Shown piece by piece: positions 10,926-20,910 of a stretch of 64,000 bases of DNA. The notes below the pieces were generated by a model that saw nothing but the letters and a program-made list of their open reading frames with translations, made no database searches and was not told the DNA's origin. How positions within the stretch are numbered: the stretch's first letter is position 1; each line of letters begins with the position of its first letter. Origin of the DNA: Octopus sinensis (Eukaryota). The stretch is taken from contig NW_021836152.1 in the NCBI RefSeq assembly GCF_006345805.1, positions 124,001 to 188,000 on the forward strand. Reading direction: 5' to 3'. Both the position numbers and the translations under genes were made by a program.

Positions 10926-11500
10926 ACACTTTCCTTTCTCTTAGGCTACTACTTCTAAATGAGGCTTTGTAGCTTCTATTAATCTCTCGGCCTGAATAAT
11001 AAAATCCCACTATGTCTTATATTTTTTCTTATTTTCTAGCACTTTACTAGATTCATATTTATAACACTTATCTGTATGGTCAATTTCTAGCTATCTACAT
11101 AATTTCCTCTGGATTATTCTACACAACTTATCATGAGTAGTTCTTTACCCTTTGATTTACTTAACCTGCTTTGTTAATCTGCCTGATTTTCTTCTATCCT
11201 GGATTTTATCCAAATAGTCCTCAATATCAAACCTTGTGTTATTACTAGCAACAGTTTTGTTTCCCTTTTCAGCATTGCTTTGTGAATCCACAGCTGTCTC
11301 ATTATTATTTTCTCCTGAGATTATCTTTGGAGATCTACCGTGCAAAGCCTTCTCTTGCCAGTCAGATAATCTTACTTCATTTTTTTTAAAGGTCTTCAAC
11401 CCCTTTGGACTTTTGGTTTCCCTATCTCCTACTGTTACACTTGAGGCTCTTTATGAAATTTCATCATTGTTACCTGCATATGAGGCTATATTTACTATAG
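10620..11500 (-). pseudogene. Degenerate R4/Dong-type LINE C-terminus (REL endonuclease region)
   Basis: Minus-strand translation: WQEKALHG; THDKLCRII; WDFIIQAERLIEATKPHL; CQVIDFTIPND; KIAKYQDLAI; LLGTARILRKV. It parallels ORF 58843..60432. Confidence 0.75.
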
Positions 11501-11569
11501 CTAACTTTGCAGAGTCGTGTTGTTGTTGTTCTCCTTCTTGTGGCCACCCAAGATTTCTTATGTCCGCCC

Positions 11570-11960
11570 GATAGATTTTATCTTCCTCCATTACTATTAT
11601 ATATTCGAGGAGCCTTAAATTTTAAAGATTTACCGACTGGGAATCGAAAAGCTGAAGTATTTGAAACATTATCGAAGACAGCAGAAAAATATACTTTACG
11701 GAGTTATGATGGTAAGTGAATGAGATGTCTAGAAGAATCTGCAGGTATTGATGTTTCGCCAATCTTAACCGAGGCGAAGCTATGCATAGCTATATGCAGT
11801 TGACGCGCTTAAATACCCTGTAGAACTGTATCAGCTGATTGAAAGTACATTCATTGAAGACTTTTAACGAAGCTACTTTAAAATTTCCTTTAACAATTCA
11901 TACAGGGAATAGATTTGATATTGTGATTGCATGGTGTTAGTTGTACCACATTAGGCTTAC
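11570..11960 (+). pseudogene. Degenerate Helitron Rep-Hel internal fragment
   Basis: FYLPPLLLYIRGALNFKDLPTGN...RCLEE...LGLPDP resembles the conserved YLRLLLLHVRG.TSF.DLRTVNG...CL.EA...FGLP.P region (recalled consensus). Confidence 0.6.
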
Positions 11961-12109
11961 CAGACCCAGTTCTTAATTTTCATTCTAATGTTCAAACGGA
12001 TATTTTGGAGGACCGAACTTAATTTGAGGAGGGAATCAAAAGACTTCATTTCAGACAAATAGTTGTTTGAGAGAATAGTTGATGCCATTTAGAGTGAGGA
12101 AGCATTCTT

Positions 12110-12430
12110 TTCGTTTCACTTGCATCTGGTAGGTCTGGGAGAAAACTATGTTTACAATAACAAAGAATAGTATCAAGGGGAACTGGCTGTGATTATGCTG
12201 AAAAAGTAGATTTGTCTCGCCATGTGAGAAATAAATTCGTGAAATGAAAACCCATTCTTCTTAACTGTTGCCAGTAAATATTTCTGCACTCTTCTATAAT
12301 TATTGCTCATGTTCTATTTAGTAAACTCTTCAGGGGTCTGAGGTTTCGTTCTCACATTATAATACTCCAAACGTTCATCACCAGAATATGAGGTGGAATT
12401 CACGTGGATTTTGTTCATTTAACAACTCCA
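12110..12430 (-). pseudogene. Degenerate Helitron Pif1 helicase C-terminal fragment
   Basis: PPHIL...RNL...AEIFTGN...VFISRI...RRQFPL...SQT. Copies on the + strand at about 41650-41950 and 46860-47110. Confidence 0.6.
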
Positions 12431-12616
12431 CTGGAAAATTTATAGCTCATCTTCCTCATTCAAATGATCATCATCTTGATTATGATAATCTTCACAATCC
12501 CCCTCCAGCTCATCATATTCGTTACGATCGTCATCAATATCTTTTTCTCAGCATATAGCTAGCAAATTTATTTCTAAGCCCTTATTATAATTACACGGAC
12601 ACACACATATATTATA

Positions 12617-12669
12617 TCTATCTGTCTATCACTCTATCTATCTATCTATCTATGTAAGCCTCTATCTAC

Positions 12670-12766
<97 letters not shown>

Positions 12767-12777
12767 GATCCATATAG

Positions 12778-12832
<55 letters not shown>
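12617..12832. repeat. (TATC)n followed by (TA)n
   Basis: Direct reading. Confidence 0.95.
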
Positions 12833-12837
<5 letters not shown>

Positions 12838-13405
12838 AAATTGAGGTAATCAGATCGGATGGTTCATATTTATAGATATTTATTTATATATTACATTTTT
12901 TACATATATATCATATCATTCAGATCATATCATTCGGATTAGCGCTTTCTCCCAATCGAGTGGGCTTTTCAAATCAATTCCTTGTGGGTAATTTGAACAT
13001 TTTATAGTTTCGTAGTAGTGGTGGGGAGGAATAAAACAGTATAAAAGGGTGAGGAGGAAGTGAGACAGAGAAAACATGTGTGTATGTGTATGTGTGTGTG
13101 TGTGTATGTGTGTGTGTGTGCGTGTGTGCGTTTGTATCTGATAGGGAAGAAGAATTATTGTTATTCCGTTGGTTTACTGGACCCCCTGTGGTTTTCTAAG
13201 AATTTGGCTCTGTTCTCTGTCCAGTCTCGTGTCACTGAGTGTGTGCTGTGCGTAGGCTGGCCAGACAAATGTCATTTTATATATATATATACACTTATCT
13301 TTATATATACCTATCTTATCTACCTATGTATCTTATCAATCTATCTATCTTATCTATCTATTTATCTATCTATCTGTATGTCTATATGTATATATGTATA
13401 AATAA

Positions 13406-13612
<207 letters not shown>

Positions 13613-13812
13613 CCATGCAGTTGGCGAGTGGTACCCGCGCGAGCGGAAAGACCACCCGGAAGACCTCCACGACGGTGAAGTTACGATTTCAGGATGACGA
13701 TTGGGATCACGTGGATGAGAAAGGCGCGATCCAGAGAGGAATTAACAGCGTGCTGTGACCAGCGATGTCAAGTGGACGCCTGGCGGACTGGTCGGTCAAG
13801 TGATCAACTGAA

Positions 13813-13867
<55 letters not shown>

Positions 13868-14077
13868 CCGCTTGTAGCGGAGAATTTTTTCTAGAATTTT
13901 TGCTACCCTTATATTTAATAATATATATATATACGCCCACATATACATATGTATGTATAATATACTTATACGTATATATAATATAAAGCTGAGGTTGATG
14001 ATGATGATGATGATGATTGTTTACCACCACATTGCAGTACTGCGTCGATGTCATTGCATTAAAATTCTGATTCATTG

Positions 14078-15183
14078 TTAGTTATTTAGTTAATTTGGCT
14101 CAAAAGCAAATAGCAAGGCCATGTAGGGGGACATGGAGTTAAGTACAGGGTGGTGTTCATGTAAAGAGTTCAGGCCACTTGAGGTCCAGGGAGGCTTTGA
14201 ACAAAGCGGTCGTCGGCATCTTCACCATCTCGTCTGGCAGCTTGTTCCACGGATCCGCAACCCGGACGGAGAAAGCTCCTCTCCTTCGATTGAGATGAAA
14301 TCGTCGCAGGTAGAGCTTTTCGGAATGACCCCGCAGCCGACGCTCCGGAGCAGGAGTGAAGAACAGCTCTTTCGAGAGGTTACACTTCCCGCTTATGATG
14401 TTGTGGGCGAGAATGAGATCACCACGGCGGCGGCGTTTTTCAAGAGAACAAAGGTCGAGCGTCCTCAGCCTTTCTTCGTAGGACAAATTTTTGAGACCAT
14501 GAACCATGCGGGTAGCCAGCCTCTGGACTCTTTCGAGGTGCTTTATGTATTTGAGGAGATAAGGAGAAGAGGCTTGAATCCCATACTCCAATATAGGTCT
14601 CACCAGCGTGACATAGAGTGGTAGGAATATGGCTGATGTGAGCATTCCGAATGACCGTCGAATCAAAAACAGAATTCCGCGCGCTTTGTTGGCAGCATGG
14701 ACGCACTGGGCCGAAGGCGAAAAGGTGGAATCCACCAAGATACCCAGGTCCTTTACCTGATCGGTCCTCTCCAGCAGCAGACGACCCGGCTCGAAATCAA
14801 GTTGAGTTGCAGGAGTAGAGCCGACAGGCAGATGACAGCACTTTGACACGTTCAGACACAGGTCCCAATTGTTAGACCACTTCCAAATTTGGTGGAGGCA
14901 TCGACGAAGATCCTCTATACTACCGCGAGGAGCGACCAGTTTGATATCGTCGGCAAATAGAAGGGTGTGTTGCGTGAGGTCGTCGGGCAAGTCATTTATG
15001 AAGACTAAGAACAACAAGGGCCCAAGCACTGAACCTTGAGGCACGCCACTGCTCGCACTGGAGACGTCGGACCGCGAACCATTAACTTGGACTTGGAAGG
15101 AGCGATCTGAGAGGAAGGCACCAACCCATCGTACAATATCCGGATGGAAACTATATGCTTGAAGCTTGACAAGTAGTAGGCGG
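14078..15183 (-). mobile_element. CR1-group LINE, 5'-truncated 3' copy (same family as copies 1 and 2)
   Basis: Matches 18338-19028 until GTAGGCGG. It carries the ORF2 end (LKWPELFT*), a short 3' UTR and a TAACTAAATAACTAA tail. Confidence 0.9.
14157..15044 (-). CDS. CR1 ORF2 C-terminal RT fragment
   Basis: PQGSVLGP, FINDLP, FADD, KDLG, RPILEY, RRRRGDL, LRGH, WNKLP. Confidence 0.9.
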   Translation of the reverse strand: MPQGSVLGPLLFLVFINDLPDDLTQHTLLFADDIKLVAPRGSIEDLRRCLHQIWKWSNNWDLCLNVSKCCHLPVGSTPATQLDFEPGRLLLERTDQVKDLGILVDSTFSPSAQCVHAANKARGILFLIRRSFGMLTSAIFLPLYVTLVRPILEYGIQASSPYLLKYIKHLERVQRLATRMVHGLKNLSYEERLRTLDLCSLEKRRRRGDLILAHNIISGKCNLSKELFFTPAPERRLRGHSEKLYLRRFHLNRRRGAFSVRVADPWNKLPDEMVKMPTTALFKASLDLKWPELFT

Positions 15184-15730
15184 AGCTATATGGTACTATA
15201 ATCACTTTAATGTGAATTGATAAGTGTGCTAAACCATCATATCCAAGGATTCCAAAACGCTTGTGTAACAGAAATGTGTTGGCATTTTATATGTTGTAAA
15301 CTATCAATTAAAGATGTGTAATTATTCATTCTTCTTTGTGACTTTTTAATATACTCTGTAATTTTATGTGAAATTCTTCAAAGCAAACTTCAAATTGACT
15401 AACTGACATAGTGCTTATAAAGTATTTGCCCTGATTTTGAAATCCTTATTCCAATATATTGTGTGTGTATATCAACCAGACCATCAGATGTAGTTAAAAA
15501 CTGCTGATCACAATGCACTTCCCTGAATTGCAGCTTTCTAATGATGCTACCTCACTGGTTAGGTAGGAAGACCAACACTCCCATTGAATGGAACGCCAGA
15601 CCATTGCAGGGACGGGAGCAATGTGAAATGAATTGTTCTGCTCAAGAACACAGTGTACCACCAGTCTGGAAATTGAAGCCACTATCTTGCGATTGTCAGT
15701 ACAAACCCTATCTACTAGGACACATACCTT

Positions 15731-15781
<51 letters not shown>

Positions 15782-15845
15782 CCATATTTCTCTCCCCCAT
15801 CCTATCTCTCTCTCTCATGCTTCTCTCCTTGTTTTTTCTGTGTAC

Positions 15846-15881
15846 CTTTCTGTAGAAGAGCGTAAGCTCGAAACGTAAAAG
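15846..15881 (+). ncRNA. Hammerhead-like motif in an orphan Penelope-type tail (atypical 8-nt core)
   Basis: CUUU-CUGUAGAA-GAGC(GUAA)GCUC-GAAA-CG-UA-AAAG. Confidence 0.5.
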
Positions 15882-16554
15882 ACTTTTTCTATTCCTGAGC
15901 GCTATACTAATACATCTGTTTGTTTTGTACACCACCTGTCTTCGTCTTTTGTTTTTTTTCGTAAACTTTCCCTATATATATATATATATATCCAAATCTA
16001 CCTGCATATATACATAGATATCCATATAGACAGATAGATACATGCATATAAATATGTATATATATGATATTTATACAGCTTCCATTAATGAATTTTTACC
16101 CAACACACCAGCTATTTGCAACACTGGTGACTGATTAATCACTGTTTTTTTTAATGTATCAAGCAAAGAAGAAATTTGTCTAAGCATGCAGTTGATAGTG
16201 GATACTCAAATAAGCAGAGATCATGCGATCTAGCAATTCCATCACCAGTGCTGGAGACTTTTCATCTGTTATTGATACTTCTGTGCTTTTTAACATAAGT
16301 ACTAGTAGCAGACAAAATATGTGAATATATACATATCTGTCTCTCATATTCACCTTGTACTTTGATTTCTTTCGCTTCCTCTCTTTCTAGGTGGTCAAGC
16401 TATACATTCACCTCTTCAGCAAGATACCTACTCCTGACCTTCTATCCTAGTTTCTTATTCCTCCATTATATACTCCCACTTTTGTTTTGCCTTATAGGTA
16501 CTTGGTAACATCAATGGTATTAGTGGCATGTAATAAGCATCCATTACACTTTCT

Positions 16555-17320
16555 GAAATGGTTGGCGTTATGGAGGGGCATCCAGCCGTAGAAATCATGC
16601 CAAAGCAGACACAGAACCTGGCGCAGCTCTCTGGCTTGTCTGTTCTTGTCAAACGGTCCAACATACACTAGCATGGAAAAGGGGACACCAAATGATGATG
16701 ATGGTGATACATAAGTGTATATATATGTGTGTGTGTGTGTGTGAATGTGTATATATAAATATCATCATCATCATCGTCGTTTAGCGTCCGCCTTCTACGC
16801 TAGCATGGGTTGGACGGTTCAACTGGGGTCTGGGAAGCCAATCTGATCTGGCATTGTTTCTACAGCTGGACGCCCCTCCAAACGCCAACCACTCCGTGAG
16901 TGTAGTGGTTGCTTTTTACGTGCCAGACGAGGCTGGCAAACGGCCACGAATGGGTGGTGCTTTTTACGTGCCACCAGCACAGGGACCAGGCAAGGCTGGC
17001 AACGGTCACGATCGGATAGTGCTTTTTACGTGCCACCGGCACGAGGCCATTGGGGCAGCGCTGGCAACAGCCACGTTCAGATGGTTCTCTTACGTACCAC
17101 CGGTACTGGTATGTATGTATTATGTATAGTGAGTTGGAGGACCATCCTCTTTGCACCAAGGTCACAGTTTGGGTATGGTTTCTACAGCTGGGAGTTAGGA
17201 AGGGCATCAATTCATAGGAGCCATGCCAAAAATGAGTTATTTGAGCAAAGATATAGTTCTCTGCCTCACTGAATCCCACTAAACCATCCTACCCATGCAT
17301 GGAAAACAGATGCAAAATGA
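16555..17320. mobile_element. SINE-family body and tail fragments in both orientations
   Basis: Recurrent GGGCATCCAGC(C/T)GTAGAAA.CATGCC motif at about 16578, 16845 (RC) and 17183 (RC), ending in (GAT)n/(CAT)n tails, plus an internal GCTTTTTACGTGCCA repeat x3. Confidence 0.6.
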
Positions 17321-17355
17321 TGATAGTATTTTGTGTGTGTATGTGCATTATAATG

Positions 17356-17407
<52 letters not shown>

Positions 17408-17779
17408 TAAATTACATGTGTGTGATACGGGGTGTACTTATGTATGTATAACAAGAAGATATATATACCAAATATTTGCAAAATATTAATAATTTCAGAT
17501 AATAATTCAGAATTCTCTAACATTTACATCTTCAATGGATCAGATCAGTAGCTTCAATTAGCATATTCAAAGGAGGGAGGGGGGGAAGATAAACCAAAAT
17601 TTTAAGATATTAAGTATTTCTGATATTCTAGTTTCAATGTTCAATAATTTCAATAGAACTTTATTTGATTTTTCCCTTCTCATTTCTATGGAACATATTG
17701 CTTATTACAGAAGTTGAATAGTTAATGTGTTTTATTGGGTAGTTTTTTTCAATAATTTCAAACAAAAACATTTTCATTA

Positions 17780-17888
17780 CCATATCACGTTGAAAGCATT
17801 GGTTCTTGTGCAATCACCGAAGTTAAGTAATGTCGAGCCTAGTTAGTACTTAGATGGGTGACCGCTTGAGAAACATAGGTGCTGTAAG
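17780..17888 (+). pseudogene. 5S rRNA pseudogene
   Basis: CCATATCACGTTGAAA..GGTTCT.GT.C.ATCACCGAAGTTAAG.AA.GTCGAGCC.GTTAGTACTT.GATGGGTGACCGC.TG.GAA..C.GGTGCTGTA aligns with invertebrate 5S (recalled). The first about 8 nt are missing and many changes are CpG transitions. Confidence 0.85.
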
Positions 17889-17902
17889 TGTCACACACTA
17901 CA

Positions 17903-18023
17903 GGTGTAGAAGTGGCTGTGTGGTAAGTAGCTTGCTTACCAACCACATGGTTCTGGGTTCAGTCCCACTGCGTGGCACATTGGGGAAGTGTCTTCTACAA
18001 TAGCCTTGGGCCGACCAAAGCCT
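17903..18023 (+). mobile_element. tRNA-derived SINE 5' portion
   Basis: A box TGGCTGTGTGG and B box GGTTCAGTCCC. A full reverse copy is at 51630-52024. Confidence 0.8.
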
Positions 18024-18024
18024 T

Positions 18025-18333
18025 ATAATATTAATAATAGTAACAACAACAACAACAATAATAATAATATAATAACAAAATAACAATAATATATTATAAT
18101 ATTAATATAATAATAATAATAATAATAATAAAATAATAAAAAATAATAATATAATATAATGTTAATAATAATGATAATAATAATAATAATAATAATATTA
18201 ATGATAATAATAATAATGATAATAATAATGATAATGATAATAATAAGAATACTAATAAGAATAATAAAAATAATAATAATAATAATAGTAATATTAATAT
18301 TAATAATAATAATATTAATAATAATGATATTAA
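18025..18333. repeat. Degenerate (AAT)n microsatellite
   Basis: Direct reading. Confidence 0.95.
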
Positions 18334-18342
18334 TTTGTCTTC

Positions 18343-20910
18343 CTAGGACAAATTTTTGAGACCATGAACCATGCGGGTAGCCAGCTTCTGGACTCTTTCG
18401 AGATGCTGTATGTCTTTGAGGAGATAAGGAGAAGAGGCTTGAATCCCGTATTCCAATATGGGTCTCACCAGCGTGACATAGAGTGGTAGGAATATGGCTG
18501 CTGTGAGCATTCCGAATGACCGTCGAATCAAGAACAGAATTCCGCGTGCTTTGTTGGCAGCATGGACGCACTGGGCTGAAGGCGAAAAGGAGGAATCCAC
18601 CAAGATACCCAGGTCCTTTACCTGATCGGTCCTCTCTAGCAGCAGACGACCCAGCTCGAAATCAAGTTGAGTTGCAGGAGGAGAGCCAACAGGCAGATGA
18701 CAGCACTTTGACACGTTCAGACACAGGTCCCATTCGTTAGACCACCTCCAAATTTGGTGGAGGCATCGACGAAGATCCTCTATATCACTGCGAGGAGCGA
18801 CCAGTTTGACATCGTCGGCAAATAGAAGGGTGTGTTGCGTGAGGTCGTCGGGCAAGTCATTTATGAAGACTAAGAACAACAAGGGCCCAAGCACTGAACC
18901 TTGAGGCACGCCACTGCTCGCACTGGAGACGTCGGACCGCGAACCATTAACTTGGACTTGGAAGGAGCGATCTGAGAGGAAGGCACCAACCCATCGTACA
19001 ATATACGGATGGAAACTATATGCTTGAAGCTTGACAAGTAGTAGGCGGTGGTTTACCGAGTCAAAAGCTTTGGCAAAGTCCAATAAAACGATGTCAACAG
19101 CATCACTATCATCGAGGATGCGCGTCACCAATTCTTCCATTACTAGTAAGTTGGTCAAGCATGATCTCTTCGGCACGAAGCCGTGTTGGGAATCAGTGAT
19201 CGAGGCTGTGTTTAGGAGGTGGAGCATCATACTTTTCTTAAGGATGGTTTCGAACATCTTGATGATTATTGATGTAAGGGAAACCGGTCGGTAGTTAAGC
19301 GGGTCTTCGCGGCTCATTTTCTTGAAAATTGGGCAGATTATCGCTGTTCTCCAGTCTGCAGGTATAACACCCGTCGCCAATGACATATTGAATAGTCTTG
19401 TTAAGGGCTCGCAGATGACCGGAGCCAACGCTTTGATAACCCGTGGGTGTATGCCGTCAGGGCCGTGACCCTTGTTGACATCGAGGCCTTGAATAACACG
19501 TTTGACTTGGTCCTGCGTGATGATCAATCGAAGCATTGGAGGTACCGATCTATCAAATGGAGGGGGTTCACGACCATCATCTTGTTTGAAAATAGTTGAA
19601 AAAGCCTCGGCAAATAATTGACTCTGTTGATAAGGGTCCTCAATCGATACGCCTGTTGAGTCTACCAACGTTGCAATCTGGTTGTTCAAGCGGGAATTCC
19701 GCTGGACATGGGCAAAGAAGGTTTTTGGATTGCTACTGGCATTTGCCGCGATTTTGTATTCATAACTGAAGCGTTCTTTCTTTTCAATTTTCACGGCTCG
19801 GTCTCGTTGAGTTTTGTACACCTCAAAAGCTGCAGTCGAATCCAGATTTTTGAATTCAGCCCAAGCAATATCTCTGAGTCGACGTTCTCGTTTAACCTTC
19901 TTCGTCACCCAGGGCTTGTGTTTCTTCCTCTTGGGAAGTCCAACGGGAACTGCCTGGTCAGTCAAACAGATTACATATGCTTTGAGGGATGACCATAGTT
20001 CGTCAACTGAGGACAACGTCATCAGGGAACGCCAGTCCAGAAGCGCGGAAGCCTCGGTTAGAATTTCAAGATTAATTGCAGAGAAGACTCTACGTGGCAG
20101 CGAAGTAATCGTGGGCGTGGAAAAAGTTGTGTGCATGACGAACTTCAGGACCGCATGATCACTCTTGGCAAGAGGGGCGCACACAGATACGTCTGACACT
20201 GATCTTGGATAGCGGGAGAATACCAGATCTAGCATGGATGGCTGCTGCCCAGACCGATGCCTTGTCGGATATTCAACATGTTGCGATAGAAAACAATCTT
20301 CAGCCACGTCAAGAAGGGCCTGGCCGAACCGGGAAGATGTTGTACAAATTGATGCGGGCCAATCGATCGTGGGAGCGTTGAAGTCGCCTAGTACCAAGCA
20401 GTCATGCGAAGCTGAAACGAATCTTATCGCTTCGAGTAGATGAGCATCGTCCTGGGGGTCGGCTAGAGGCGGCCTGTAGACAGCCAACACGGGCAGGCAA
20501 AACTCAGATAGGCTCAGCTTGCAATAGACGGCATCGAATTTGGTTGTAGGTTGAGCATTTGTGGGTAGAATACCGCAGGACGGTTTGTGCTCCGACTTAA
20601 CATACACAGCAACACCTCCACCTCGCCTTTTTCCTCTGTCACATCTGAAAAGGACGTAGCCCTGCAGGTGGATCTCTGAGTCCTTTACTGCTGGAGTCAG
20701 CCAAGTCTCGGTGATAGCTATCACATCAGGGGAGTCGCGTAGGGCCAGTGTAAATAGTTCACTGAACTTTGGGAATAAGGAGCACGAGTTGGTGTAGACG
20801 ATGCTGAGCTGTGAAGTCTGAGGGGCGGGAGTTGGGGAACAAGCAGAATAAAGGGCATCAGAGATAGCATCGTTGACGGGGGTATCAACTTCACTTCGAT
20901 TTGCCCTCAC
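18343..20910 (-). CDS. CR1 ORF2 (APE + RT), 855 aa, lacking the C-terminus
   Basis: Complete EN plus RT motifs QHGF, DFAKAFDSV, GVPQGSVLGP, FADD. Confidence 0.92.
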   Translation of the reverse strand: MRANRSEVDTPVNDAISDALYSACSPTPAPQTSQLSIVYTNSCSLFPKFSELFTLALRDSPDVIAITETWLTPAVKDSEIHLQGYVLFRCDRGKRRGGGVAVYVKSEHKPSCGILPTNAQPTTKFDAVYCKLSLSEFCLPVLAVYRPPLADPQDDAHLLEAIRFVSASHDCLVLGDFNAPTIDWPASICTTSSRFGQALLDVAEDCFLSQHVEYPTRHRSGQQPSMLDLVFSRYPRSVSDVSVCAPLAKSDHAVLKFVMHTTFSTPTITSLPRRVFSAINLEILTEASALLDWRSLMTLSSVDELWSSLKAYVICLTDQAVPVGLPKRKKHKPWVTKKVKRERRLRDIAWAEFKNLDSTAAFEVYKTQRDRAVKIEKKERFSYEYKIAANASSNPKTFFAHVQRNSRLNNQIATLVDSTGVSIEDPYQQSQLFAEAFSTIFKQDDGREPPPFDRSVPPMLRLIITQDQVKRVIQGLDVNKGHGPDGIHPRVIKALAPVICEPLTRLFNMSLATGVIPADWRTAIICPIFKKMSREDPLNYRPVSLTSIIIKMFETILKKSMMLHLLNTASITDSQHGFVPKRSCLTNLLVMEELVTRILDDSDAVDIVLLDFAKAFDSVNHRLLLVKLQAYSFHPYIVRWVGAFLSDRSFQVQVNGSRSDVSSASSGVPQGSVLGPLLFLVFINDLPDDLTQHTLLFADDVKLVAPRSDIEDLRRCLHQIWRWSNEWDLCLNVSKCCHLPVGSPPATQLDFELGRLLLERTDQVKDLGILVDSSFSPSAQCVHAANKARGILFLIRRSFGMLTAAIFLPLYVTLVRPILEYGIQASSPYLLKDIQHLERVQKLATRMVHGLKNLS

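Larger units (their letters stand above)
11161..12765 (+). repeat. Segment F, reverse complement of about 41330-42918
   Basis: ORF pairs 11236..11574/42508..42846 and 11507..11719/42363..42575. The match runs into the (TATC)n/(GATA)n array. Confidence 0.93.

Noticed and set aside
16391-16440. Pyrimidine tract plus AG followed by GGQAIHSPLQQDTYS*
   Set aside because: It could be a terminal exon, but there is no motif, partner exon or other support.
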